From positions 64,001 to 128,000 of the forward strand of contig CAWDDT010000010.1 of NCBI GenBank assembly GCA_963801165.1: DNA of 64,000 nt, given 5' to 3'. Under the pieces are notes generated by a model, which made no database searches, was not told the origin of the DNA, and worked only from the letters and a program-made list of their open reading frames with translations. Origin of the DNA: an uncultured bacterium. Its GTDB lineage: Bacteria > Actinomycetota > Acidimicrobiia > Spongiisociales > UBA5794. Positions 29,723 to 38,164 of this stretch are shown here, one piece after another. Within the stretch, counting starts at the first letter, position 1. The number at the start of each line of letters is the position of its first letter. A program made the translations under genes and the position numbers.

Positions 29723-30669
29723 TCAGCCATTGGTGATAGTCACCGTGACCGCTCCGGCGTAGCCGTCGACTGCAGTGATCGGGGCACCCTGGTCGTCGCC
29801 CGTGTTGGGAGCCGCCTGGCGGGGACCTTGATTGGCGCCCTGCCCGGGTGTCTCGTCGACCTCGGTTCCGGCGTCCCAGAGCGAGACCATGTCGCTGATG
29901 TCGCCGGTGATCGGCGTCCCATCGTCGGCGAACAGGGCAATGCCGCTGGAGTCGGGAGCAAAGAACCAGTCATTGGATTCGATGAACATAGTTGCGAATG
30001 ACAGGTAGTCGCCGGGTGTGGCATCGAAGGTGAAGCTGTAGCTACCACCAGGAAGGGCGGGGCCCGGCTCGGCTGCGCCGTCCGGAGTGTTGAACACTGC
30101 GGCAACAGCAACGGTGCTCACGTCGGACAGGGTGGCAACGAGAGTGCTCGGGTCGCCGTCCTCAGCCAGCGACTCCAGCCCCTCGCCGCGATCGGCCGTT
30201 CCTTCGGCGAAGAGGGTATCCATCGATGTATGCACGACGTACGCCCCGGGAGCCAACGGGGTAGCCAACCCGGCACTATCGGAGTTATTCGTGATAGTGA
30301 CTGTGAACGCGGCGGCGTCGTGACTATCATTGATCCATCGGCCATTGATCCATCGGCCATTGATTCGTCGGCCATTGATTCGTCGGTCATTGATTCGTCG
30401 GCCATTGATTCGTCGGTCATGGTGTCGTCGGTCATGGTGTCGTCGGTCATGGTGTCGTCGGTCATGTTGTCGTCGGTCATGGTGTCGTCGGTCATGTTGT
30501 CGTCGGTCATGTTGTCGTCGGTCATCTGATCGCTTGCCGTGGTCGTGTTCTGATTACTCGCCGCTGCGGTGGTTGTTGTTGTGGTGGTGGACTGGGAACC
30601 GCTATCGCTCGTTCCCCCACACGCGGCGAGAAGCAGAACTACGGCGAGAATCAATGCGAGTCTTCGCAT
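29723..30669 (-). pseudogene. Spondin_N-domain lipoprotein with Met-rich pentapeptide repeats, split by a 1-nt frameshift near 30328
   Basis: Lipobox LAAC and repeat tract in one frame; DSHDAAAFTVTITN...TPLAPG...SFATMFIESNDWF...WDAGTEVD in another frame; one added G (ATG[G]AT) restores a single ORF. Confidence 0.75.
30328..30525 (-). repeat. 15-bp coding tandem repeat x13 (M-[TA]-D-[DEG]-[TNS])
   Basis: Units such as GTCATGGTGTCGTCG visible on the + strand. Confidence 0.95.
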
Positions 30670-30750
30670 GGCACCTCCTGGTTTGGTGCGCTGCATGATC
30701 GAGCGGGGAGGTTGCCGGACTCTTACCGGCTCATTGCTGTTCGGTTAACG

Positions 30751-31929
30751 TCAGTTTGGGAGATCGAATTCGACCACGCCGCCCGGTCCCGGCTCTGCGT
30801 GAATGGCGCCGCCGAGTGCGGTCACGAAGCGGTGTGCGATGGCCAGACCCAGGCCGGTGCCGGCACCGTCCCTCGTGCGAGCCGCGTCGGCTCGCGTAAA
30901 GCTGTCGAACGCACGATCGACGAAGTTCGCGGGGAAGCCGTCACCGTTGTCGGTGACCCGGACTAAGACCCGATCGGCGGCGCCCAGGGTCACGACCACG
31001 TGCCCGGCGGAGTGGCGAATTGCATTGTCGATGAGGTTGCGCATCACCCGGCCCAGAGCCTCAGGGGCCGTCACGGTCGTGATGGACCCGGGTGCATCGA
31101 GTTCTACGACGACGCCTAGTCGTCGCGCCGTCGGTCTGAGGACCTCGATCGCCTCGTCGGCGACTTCGGTCACATCGACGGGCTGCAAGTTCAGTTCCAC
31201 GGCTCCCGCCTCGAGGCGGGCCAGAAGGAAGATATCGTCGACGAGTCGGTGCAGCGCAGTGACATCGCGTTCCATCGACTTGAGATATCGGTCGGTGTCT
31301 GTGGCTACGCCGTCTTGAAGGGCTTCAACAGCCGCCTGGAGCGATCCGAGCGGGCTGCGCAGATCGTGACCCACCGCGGTGAGGAACTCGCGGCGAGCTG
31401 CCTCGTCGCTCTCTCGGCGACGCTGCGCCGTGTGGAGATCTGCCGCCATGGCATCGAATGCTCCGGCCAGTGACCCGACCTCATCCGATCTGGCAACGGA
31501 GGTGGTCGCCTCGAAGTTGCCGGAGGCTACCTGCTGTGCCGCCGACGCGATCTGGCGGAGGTCGGAGGTCATCGGGCGGGACACTGCGTATGCGAACCCG
31601 AATGAGGCTACGAAACCGAAGCCAATAACCACCAGCAACAACTGGAGATCGTGTGGCGACAAGAACATCTCACGCGCCGCGAGCACCGCGGTACCGGCCA
31701 CGATGAGGAAAGACGTCATTCCTATCGCAACCATAGAGAAGCGGATGGATCTGACCCGGCGTGACCAGCGGGGCAGGAGGAGTACGGCGAGTGCGGCAAC
31801 CGCGGCCAGGGCGAGAAACACCGACGCGAGCCGGATCCGCTCCGGTGGCGATGGGTGCATCGTGATCTCGAAGAGCCAGAGTGCAAACACCACGGCTGCC
31901 GGTAGCCAGAGGAAGCCTTTGTATCTCAT
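30751..31929 (-). CDS. HAMP-domain sensor histidine kinase (BaeS-like)
   Basis: DEVGSLA HAMP, GHDLRSPL H-box, NLIDNAIRH, GTGLGL; start ATG 31929. Confidence 0.9.
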   Translation of the reverse strand: MRYKGFLWLPAAVVFALWLFEITMHPSPPERIRLASVFLALAAVAALAVLLLPRWSRRVRSIRFSMVAIGMTSFLIVAGTAVLAAREMFLSPHDLQLLLVVIGFGFVASFGFAYAVSRPMTSDLRQIASAAQQVASGNFEATTSVARSDEVGSLAGAFDAMAADLHTAQRRRESDEAARREFLTAVGHDLRSPLGSLQAAVEALQDGVATDTDRYLKSMERDVTALHRLVDDIFLLARLEAGAVELNLQPVDVTEVADEAIEVLRPTARRLGVVVELDAPGSITTVTAPEALGRVMRNLIDNAIRHSAGHVVVTLGAADRVLVRVTDNGDGFPANFVDRAFDSFTRADAARTRDGAGTGLGLAIAHRFVTALGGAIHAEPGPGGVVEFDLPN

Positions 31930-32014
31930 CGTTTGCAATATTTCATCGTTTGCAATATTTCATCGTTGGAAATATTTCATCGTTGGAAATATTTCATCGT
32001 TGGAAATGTCTCAT
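31927..32014 (-). repeat. 17-bp tandem repeat x5 between response-regulator stop and kinase start; each unit is a 6-codon mini-ORF
   Basis: Minus-strand ATG at 32014, 31997, 31980, 31963, 31946 and 31929; unit such as ATGAAATATTTCCAACG. Confidence 0.95.
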
Positions 32015-32700
32015 GGCTCGAACTTATAGCCAACACCCCACACGGTTGTGATCCACCGTGGATTCTCCTGGTCCGTCTCGAGCTTGCGGCGCAGCCGCCG
32101 GACGTGGACCGTCACGGTGGAGGGGTCCTGCCAATCGGCCGACGAATCCCAGACCTGTTCCAGCAGCTGTCCGCGCGAGAACACCTGGCGCGGGGACCGG
32201 GCGAGAAACGCCAGGAGGTCGAACTCCTTGGGTGTCATCTCGAGCTCGTTTCCGTCGAGCGTCACCACCCGGGCAGGCTCGTCGATCCGTAGACCGGTGA
32301 ACTCGAGAACTTCGGCGGGTTTGTCCGTTGCCGAGGACCGGCGCAACACCGATCGAACGCGAGCGACCAGCTCGCGTGGCGAGAAGGGTTTGACGACATA
32401 GTCGTCTGCGCCGAGCTCGAGACCGAGAACCCGATCGGTCTCCTCGGTTCTGGCGGTGAGCAGGATCACCGGGATGTCGCGTTTGCGCCGCAGCTCTGTG
32501 AGCACCGAGAAGCCGTCGATTTCGGGAAGCATCACGTCGAGAACGATGAGATCGGGAGGGGATTCCTCGATGCATTTGAGGGCGGCCCGCCCTGTGCCGG
32601 CCTCGTCAACATGGAAGCCTTCCCGCTCCAAATAGGCGACGACCACCTCGCGTACCATCGGCTCGTCGTCGACTACCAGTATCTGTTCGTTGTCGGTCAT
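32011..32700 (-). CDS. OmpR-family response regulator
   Basis: VVDDE, LDVMLP, GADDYVVKPF, TVTVHVRRLRRK, TVWGVGY; start ATG 32700. Confidence 0.92.
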   Translation of the reverse strand: MTDNEQILVVDDEPMVREVVVAYLEREGFHVDEAGTGRAALKCIEESPPDLIVLDVMLPEIDGFSVLTELRRKRDIPVILLTARTEETDRVLGLELGADDYVVKPFSPRELVARVRSVLRRSSATDKPAEVLEFTGLRIDEPARVVTLDGNELEMTPKEFDLLAFLARSPRQVFSRGQLLEQVWDSSADWQDPSTVTVHVRRLRRKLETDQENPRWITTVWGVGYKFEP

Positions 32701-32861
32701 TGTCGGAATCATATGACTTCTAACCAGAATCCTCGGGAGAAACAATCCCAGTTCCTCGAATGTTCACCTCCGAGAGAGCTCGGGAAAACCGGGGTGGTCA
32801 TCTGACAACGCGCAAAGTAGTGTGGTGAGTACGAGGCGTATTTGGGCTGAGCGCGGGGGAT

Positions 32862-33689
32862 ATGGTCTTGGACGAGCGATGTGTGCTTTGCGGCGAAGCC
32901 GCTGCAGTGCGTGTGCGGGGGACGAGTTTCTGCGCCGCTTGCGGTTTGGGCCAGTACTCGAATAGTGCGTCATCACCACGCCGCCTGCGCCGCCGGTCAC
33001 GTCGCGCCGCATTCCTCGCCGTTTTCTCTTCCGGTCTGTTCGTGAAGGTCCTGCTGGGCGCCGTTGCCCTGGCCGCGGTGGGGGGAGCGGCAGCAGCAAC
33101 GGTGATAGACAACGAGGTCTCGGAACCGCGCAGCCCGGGGATCGTTGCCGACCAGACGATCCCAACCACGATCCCCGAGACTGCAGCTGCCGGCTCGGCC
33201 GTGGTGGCGCTGACGACGACTGATTCCGTAGCGTCCCCGACGGTAGACGCGGCCGTGGCTGAATACGTGGCGGCTGTTCGGGCGTGGGCAGACTGCATTT
33301 CGGGAGCAGCGTCGACGCACATCGGGACGGGGTTCGATCCCGATATCGTATGTCCCGACACACCGTATCCCGGAGACTTCGGTTTGGCCGGCGACCCCGC
33401 CGATCCGCCCGCTGCCGGGGTGGATCCCGGAGATTCGGAGAATGCGCCCGGTCATGATGGTGTTGGTCCGGGTAACTCGGAGAGTGCGCCCGGTCATGAT
33501 GGTGTTGGTCCGGGTAACTCGGAGAGTGCGCCCGGTCATGATGGTGTTGGTCCGGGTAACTCGGAGAATGCGCCCGGTCATGATGATGCCGGTCCGGGTA
33601 ACTCGGAGAATGCGCCCGGTTTCGGTGATGGCGGCTCAGGCAATTCCGACAAAGCGCCCGGCACCTTCGAGAGTGGCCTCAACGCATAG
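32862..33689 (+). CDS. Hypothetical membrane-anchored protein: N-terminal CxxC/CxxC, TM helix, C-terminal 14-aa repeats
   Basis: CVLC...CAAC; hydrophobic segment; PGNSE(S/N)APGHDGVG repeats. Confidence 0.65.
   Translation: MVLDERCVLCGEAAAVRVRGTSFCAACGLGQYSNSASSPRRLRRRSRRAAFLAVFSSGLFVKVLLGAVALAAVGGAAAATVIDNEVSEPRSPGIVADQTIPTTIPETAAAGSAVVALTTTDSVASPTVDAAVAEYVAAVRAWADCISGAASTHIGTGFDPDIVCPDTPYPGDFGLAGDPADPPAAGVDPGDSENAPGHDGVGPGNSESAPGHDGVGPGNSESAPGHDGVGPGNSENAPGHDDAGPGNSENAPGFGDGGSGNSDKAPGTFESGLNA
33426..33662 (+). repeat. 42-bp coding tandem repeat, about 5.5 copies
   Basis: CCGGGTAACTCGGAGAGTGCGCCCGGTCATGATGGTGTTGGT units. Confidence 0.95.
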
Positions 33690-33793
33690 GAGCGTGTTGA
33701 ACCACTGCCTGTCGTTCCGGCGCCGCGAAGATGCGGCACCAGCCGGCGGGAGATCCCGGGGGCAAGCCTCTTCATCGGCTACGCTCGCTCTTC

Positions 33794-34621
33794 ATGCCCT
33801 CGTCGCGATGGTCCTCCCATGATGTACTGGCCGATGCCGCAGCAGCTCGGAGCTATCCGAAGATCCCGGTGACCCGTGACCTGCCGCTTGTTCATCGACC
33901 CAGCAGGGTCTCAGGCCGGGTCGTCGCCTTCACGCCCGGTCAGAGAGTCGTTCTCTGTGACGAGGACGGCAATCTTCACGAGTTCAAACCCCATCCGGGT
34001 GTGCTCCTGTACCGAGGCAAGCCTGTTGAGCTGATACCCGGTGAATGGCGTAGCGATGCCCCGTCACGGTTGACCGCATCAGGGTCGATCGATCCCGGTC
34101 GGGTTGCCGCTAAAACGGCCCGCGCCAGCCGGATATGGGTGGAGGGCATCCATGATGCGGAGTTGGTCGAGAAGGTGTGGGGTGACGATCTGCGGGTTGA
34201 GGGGATCGTGGTAGAGCCGTTGCACGGCGCCGATGACGTCGTCGCCGCGGTGCGTGCATTCCAACCGAACCGAACGAGACGGCTCGGCATCTTGCTCGAT
34301 CATCTCGTCGCCGGTTCGAAGGAATCCCGGATCAGCGCGGCAGTGGGCGATAGCAACGTTCTCGTGTGCGGGCATCCATACGTGGACGTGTGGCAGGCGG
34401 TGAAACCCGGCGTCCTCGGTATCCAGAACTGGCCGGAGATACCGCCGGGCAAGCCGTGGAAGGACGGTGTCATCAGCGCCCTCGGGCGTCGCCAGGAACC
34501 CGGCGCGTTCTGGCGGGAAGTCCTCGACCGGGTCGGCTCCTATCGCGACATCGAGACGCCCCTTGTGAACGCGGTTGAGCAGTTGATCGACTTTGTGACG
34601 GTTCCCCGGTCCCCGAAGTGA
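33794..34621 (+). CDS. DUF3097 family protein (actinobacterial)
   Basis: [57 protein letters not shown]. Confidence 0.8.
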   Translation: MPSSRWSSHDVLADAAAARSYPKIPVTRDLPLVHRPSRVSGRVVAFTPGQRVVLCDEDGNLHEFKPHPGVLLYRGKPVELIPGEWRSDAPSRLTASGSIDPGRVAAKTARASRIWVEGIHDAELVEKVWGDDLRVEGIVVEPLHGADDVVAAVRAFQPNRTRRLGILLDHLVAGSKESRISAAVGDSNVLVCGHPYVDVWQAVKPGVLGIQNWPEIPPGKPWKDGVISALGRRQEPGAFWREVLDRVGSYRDIETPLVNAVEQLIDFVTVPRSPK

Positions 34622-34661
34622 CGTTGCGCTTCTGGCGCATCTATGGGGTACATTCGCACCT

Positions 34662-35117
34662 ATGCGCGTCGTGATCCAACGTGTCTCTGAGGCATCTGTC
34701 TCCGTAGACGGCTCTGTCGTCGGTGAGATCGGTCCCGGGCTGCTGGTGCTGCTCGGGGTCGGAGATGGTGACGGCCCCACGGACGCAGCGGCTCTGGTCG
34801 ACAAGATGCTGGATCTCCGCATTTTTCCCGACGAGGAGGGCCGGATGAACCTGTCGGTGGTCGACGTCGGAGGCGCTGTGCTCGTGGTCAGCCAGTTCAC
34901 CCTGCTTGCCGACGTTCGCAAGGGTCGGCGACCTTCATTCACCGCCGCGGCCGCTCCCGAGCAGGCATCCGGTCTGGTGGACGAGGTCGTCGCCCTGATC
35001 ACAGCCAGAGGAGTTCCTGTGGCGACCGGTGAGTTCGGGGCGATGATGCAGGTGAACCTCGTCAACTCCGGTCCGGTCACGATCGTGGTCGACGTTGCGG
35101 GCGGACGTGTTCAGTGA
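34662..35117 (+). CDS. dtd: D-aminoacyl-tRNA deacylase
   Basis: [25 protein letters not shown]. Confidence 0.95.
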   Translation: MRVVIQRVSEASVSVDGSVVGEIGPGLLVLLGVGDGDGPTDAAALVDKMLDLRIFPDEEGRMNLSVVDVGGAVLVVSQFTLLADVRKGRRPSFTAAAAPEQASGLVDEVVALITARGVPVATGEFGAMMQVNLVNSGPVTIVVDVAGGRVQ

Positions 35118-38100
35118 GCCGTGAAGGCAGAACCTGCGGGACAGAACTTGATGAAGTCGCAGGAGTAGCACGCCTGTGACGGCGTCTGCGGGTATTCAGG
35201 ACCTGCGGCCTGTCCGAGAAGAGCCTCGAGGTGTCTGCGAGCTGTTGCCAGCCAGGACGCGTCGGCTGCGACGGTCACCTCCTCGAGATCGCCGCCTCCC
35301 AGATAGGCAAACGTGACCCTGATGGCTTGTGGCGGTTCGGGGGATAGCGCCTTGTCGATTGCCGCTACCCCATATGCCTCCAGCTGCACGATGGCTGCCG
35401 GGTTGCCCCTGTTACGGCCGGACTTGAAGTCGACGATCTCCCACACCCCCGGGTGTGGCTCATAGACGGCGTCGATGCGTCCCCTGATCCTGCCCGAAGA
35501 GAGGCCGATGTCAATCGGCGTCTCGACGAAGCGTGGCCGGGCGTCGGCGAACCGGGACGCGAGGTACACGCTATAGGGATCGGGGCCGTTGCCGGGAGGC
35601 TCGTCGGAATCGGTCACGTCATAGAGATCGTCGCTTATCTCGTCGAGCGGCATCTCGCCCCTGCCGTGCAGCTCGATGCGGCGGTGCACCTTGACGCCGC
35701 GTCGCATGGCCGCTGCCTGGCGACGTGGGAGCGGCTCGACCTCGGACCAGTAGAAACGCTGCGGGCACTGGGCAAGCGTCACGAGACCGGTTACAGAGGT
35801 ATCCACACCGGTTTCCTCCGACCGGGGCGGGGGAGGCTCAGGCATGTCGTCGAGGATCATCCGCATCTGGTCCACGGCCGCATCGTAAGACGTCGGATCC
35901 GCCCCGACCAGACTCTCCGGCCACCCGGTGTCGGCGAGCGTTGCCCGCAGCGCGTTCTCCCACCCGGTAGGAAAGAGCGGGTCGGGGGCGCCGGCAGCCG
36001 GCACGATCGACAAAGTCGCAGGGCGTTCCCCCGGATCGGCGGCTCGGACGTTCAGCGTGATCCCCGGGGCTCGGCCCACCGCATCGAGGATAGGGCTCGG
36101 GGGCTTTGGCCTCTGGGCCGTGCCGTACCAGTGTGCACCCGTCAGGTAGAGGCGTCGCTTGGCGCGGGTGACCGCCACATAGGCGGTACGCCATTCCTGC
36201 CGGTCGCGCACCGTACGCAGCGCAACCTGCCGCTCGTCATCGTCCAGCTCGGGATCGACCGGGGCCTCGAGACGCAGCCCGTATGGCACGAATCGAGCCT
36301 TGCTGACGGGATCGTCCAATGTGCCCCTGTCGAACGGGAACACCCCCTTGGCCAGGGTGGGGATGAAGACGGTGTCCCATTCGAGCCCTTTGGCACGGTG
36401 CGCGGTCAATAGCACCACAGCATCCTCTGAGCCGACGTTGGCCGTGTCGAGCTCGGCCGCCGAGCGTTCATCGACGATTAGCTCGAGATAGGCGAGAAAC
36501 GCCTGGAGGGTCGGTCTACCCCGAAGCGGGCTCCACTCCTCGGCGAGGTCGAGGAAGCGGAACAGGTTGACCCGGGCCGTCAACGCCGAGCCCGGATCCC
36601 TGGCTTCCACTTCGTTCCACATCCCTGTCTCGTCGAGAATCCGTCTGCACAGATCGACGAGCGACGAGCCCTGAGCCAGCTCGAGGAACCTCCGGTAGAG
36701 CTTTCGGAACGAGACGAGCCTGCTTCTCGCCTCGGGGCGGATACCGTCGATTTCCTCGAGCTGGTCGATTGCCTCAACAAGCGGCCACCCGAGATCGGGA
36801 TCATCTCCGAGCAGAGCACGATTGGGTCTGATCCAGCGGCTCAGCGGTGCCAGGTCGCGCAACCCGAGACGGTAGGCAGGCCCCAGCAGGATCCGTGCCA
36901 GAGCGATGGAATCCCCCGGTCGGTCGATTGTCCGCAGCCATGCGTGCAGATCGGCCACTTCGGGCAGATCGAGCAGGCCGCCGAGAGAGCCAACCTCGAC
37001 GGGGACGTCGAGTGCCTGGAGAGCGTCGCGCACGAGACCCATGTCACTGTTCTTGCGAAAGATGACGGCCATCTCGTTCCAGGCAACGTGCTCTTCCTCG
37101 TGGAGGCGGACTATTTCCTCGGCGATCCAGTCGGCTTCTGCAACGGTGGTCCTGAAGAATTCGGCAGCGACCGATCCGGGCGGTGCGGTTGCGATCGGAC
37201 GCAGCGGAGCAAACTGCGCGTCCCCGTACAGCTCGACGCGAAGCTCGTGAGCCGCCGCCAGGATTGCCGATCCCGAGCGTCGGTTCTCGGTCAGCGACAG
37301 GGTTGTTGCCGGAGTGCCGTCTTGCTCGGGGAAATGTACGGGGAAGTCGTCGAAGTTGGTGATCGACGCTCCGCGCCACTCGTATATCGTCTGGTCGGTG
37401 TCGCCCACCGCGGTCACCGGGAAACCGTCGCCAAAGACGGCACGGAGCAGCTCACGCTGTGCCGGATCCGTGTCCTGATACTCGTCGAGCAGGGCAACCT
37501 CGTAGCGCTGCCGGACCCGAGATGCGATCTCGAGGTGCCCGGTGAGTAGCTGGTGGGTGAGCCGGATCAGGTCTCCGTAGTCGAGGACCCCGAGCTCGCG
37601 TTTCGCCGCGTCGTAGCGCTGCACGATGCCGGCGAGTTCCAGCCGCTGGAGCGAGACGTCGTCGTCTCCACCCTTTGCAATCAATTCGCTGGCGGTGAGC
37701 AGGTTCCGAGCCAGCTGACCGCTGAGGTCGACAGCGGCATCGACCCGGGCAGGGATCCACGTCAGATCGAGCACTTCGTAGGAGCCTGTGGCGATTGCTT
37801 CATGGAACAGCTGTCTGACATACCCCGGGCCGACCACCTCGGTGTCGCGCTCGACGCCGATGATCGCACCGAACTCCTGAAGGATGCTGTACGCGAAGCC
37901 GTGATAGGTGGTCACCTCGACCTCGCGCCCGGATTCGGCCAGGAGCGATAGCACTTCGCGCAGCCTGCCGGCAAGCTCATCAGCCGCCTTGTTGGTGAAT
38001 GTGATGCCGATGGCGCGCTCCGGGCTGAGACCACCCTCGACCAGGTGAGCCAGACGGTGAACGATGGTGGTGGTCTTGCCGGTGCCTGCCCCGGCAATGA

Positions 38101-38164
38101 CCCGCAACGGCCGGAGCGGATAGCCGATGATCGCCTTCTGTTCTGGAGTCGGGACGAAGTTCAT
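35111..38164 (-). CDS. adnB: AdnB-type UvrD helicase + PD-(D/E)XK nuclease
   Basis: [29 protein letters not shown]...VDFKSG, C-terminal Cys cluster; ATGA overlap with upstream gene. Confidence 0.85.
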   Translation of the reverse strand: MNFVPTPEQKAIIGYPLRPLRVIAGAGTGKTTTIVHRLAHLVEGGLSPERAIGITFTNKAADELAGRLREVLSLLAESGREVEVTTYHGFAYSILQEFGAIIGVERDTEVVGPGYVRQLFHEAIATGSYEVLDLTWIPARVDAAVDLSGQLARNLLTASELIAKGGDDDVSLQRLELAGIVQRYDAAKRELGVLDYGDLIRLTHQLLTGHLEIASRVRQRYEVALLDEYQDTDPAQRELLRAVFGDGFPVTAVGDTDQTIYEWRGASITNFDDFPVHFPEQDGTPATTLSLTENRRSGSAILAAAHELRVELYGDAQFAPLRPIATAPPGSVAAEFFRTTVAEADWIAEEIVRLHEEEHVAWNEMAVIFRKNSDMGLVRDALQALDVPVEVGSLGGLLDLPEVADLHAWLRTIDRPGDSIALARILLGPAYRLGLRDLAPLSRWIRPNRALLGDDPDLGWPLVEAIDQLEEIDGIRPEARSRLVSFRKLYRRFLELAQGSSLVDLCRRILDETGMWNEVEARDPGSALTARVNLFRFLDLAEEWSPLRGRPTLQAFLAYLELIVDERSAAELDTANVGSEDAVVLLTAHRAKGLEWDTVFIPTLAKGVFPFDRGTLDDPVSKARFVPYGLRLEAPVDPELDDDERQVALRTVRDRQEWRTAYVAVTRAKRRLYLTGAHWYGTAQRPKPPSPILDAVGRAPGITLNVRAADPGERPATLSIVPAAGAPDPLFPTGWENALRATLADTGWPESLVGADPTSYDAAVDQMRMILDDMPEPPPPRSEETGVDTSVTGLVTLAQCPQRFYWSEVEPLPRRQAAAMRRGVKVHRRIELHGRGEMPLDEISDDLYDVTDSDEPPGNGPDPYSVYLASRFADARPRFVETPIDIGLSSGRIRGRIDAVYEPHPGVWEIVDFKSGRNRGNPAAIVQLEAYGVAAIDKALSPEPPQAIRVTFAYLGGGDLEEVTVAADASWLATARRHLEALLGQAAGPEYPQTPSQACYSCDFIKFCPAGSAFTAH

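Noticed and set aside
31927-33662. CRISPR array (also considered at 2497 and 42874)
   Set aside because: Repeats are head-to-tail without unique spacers and there are no cas1/cas2 or effector genes
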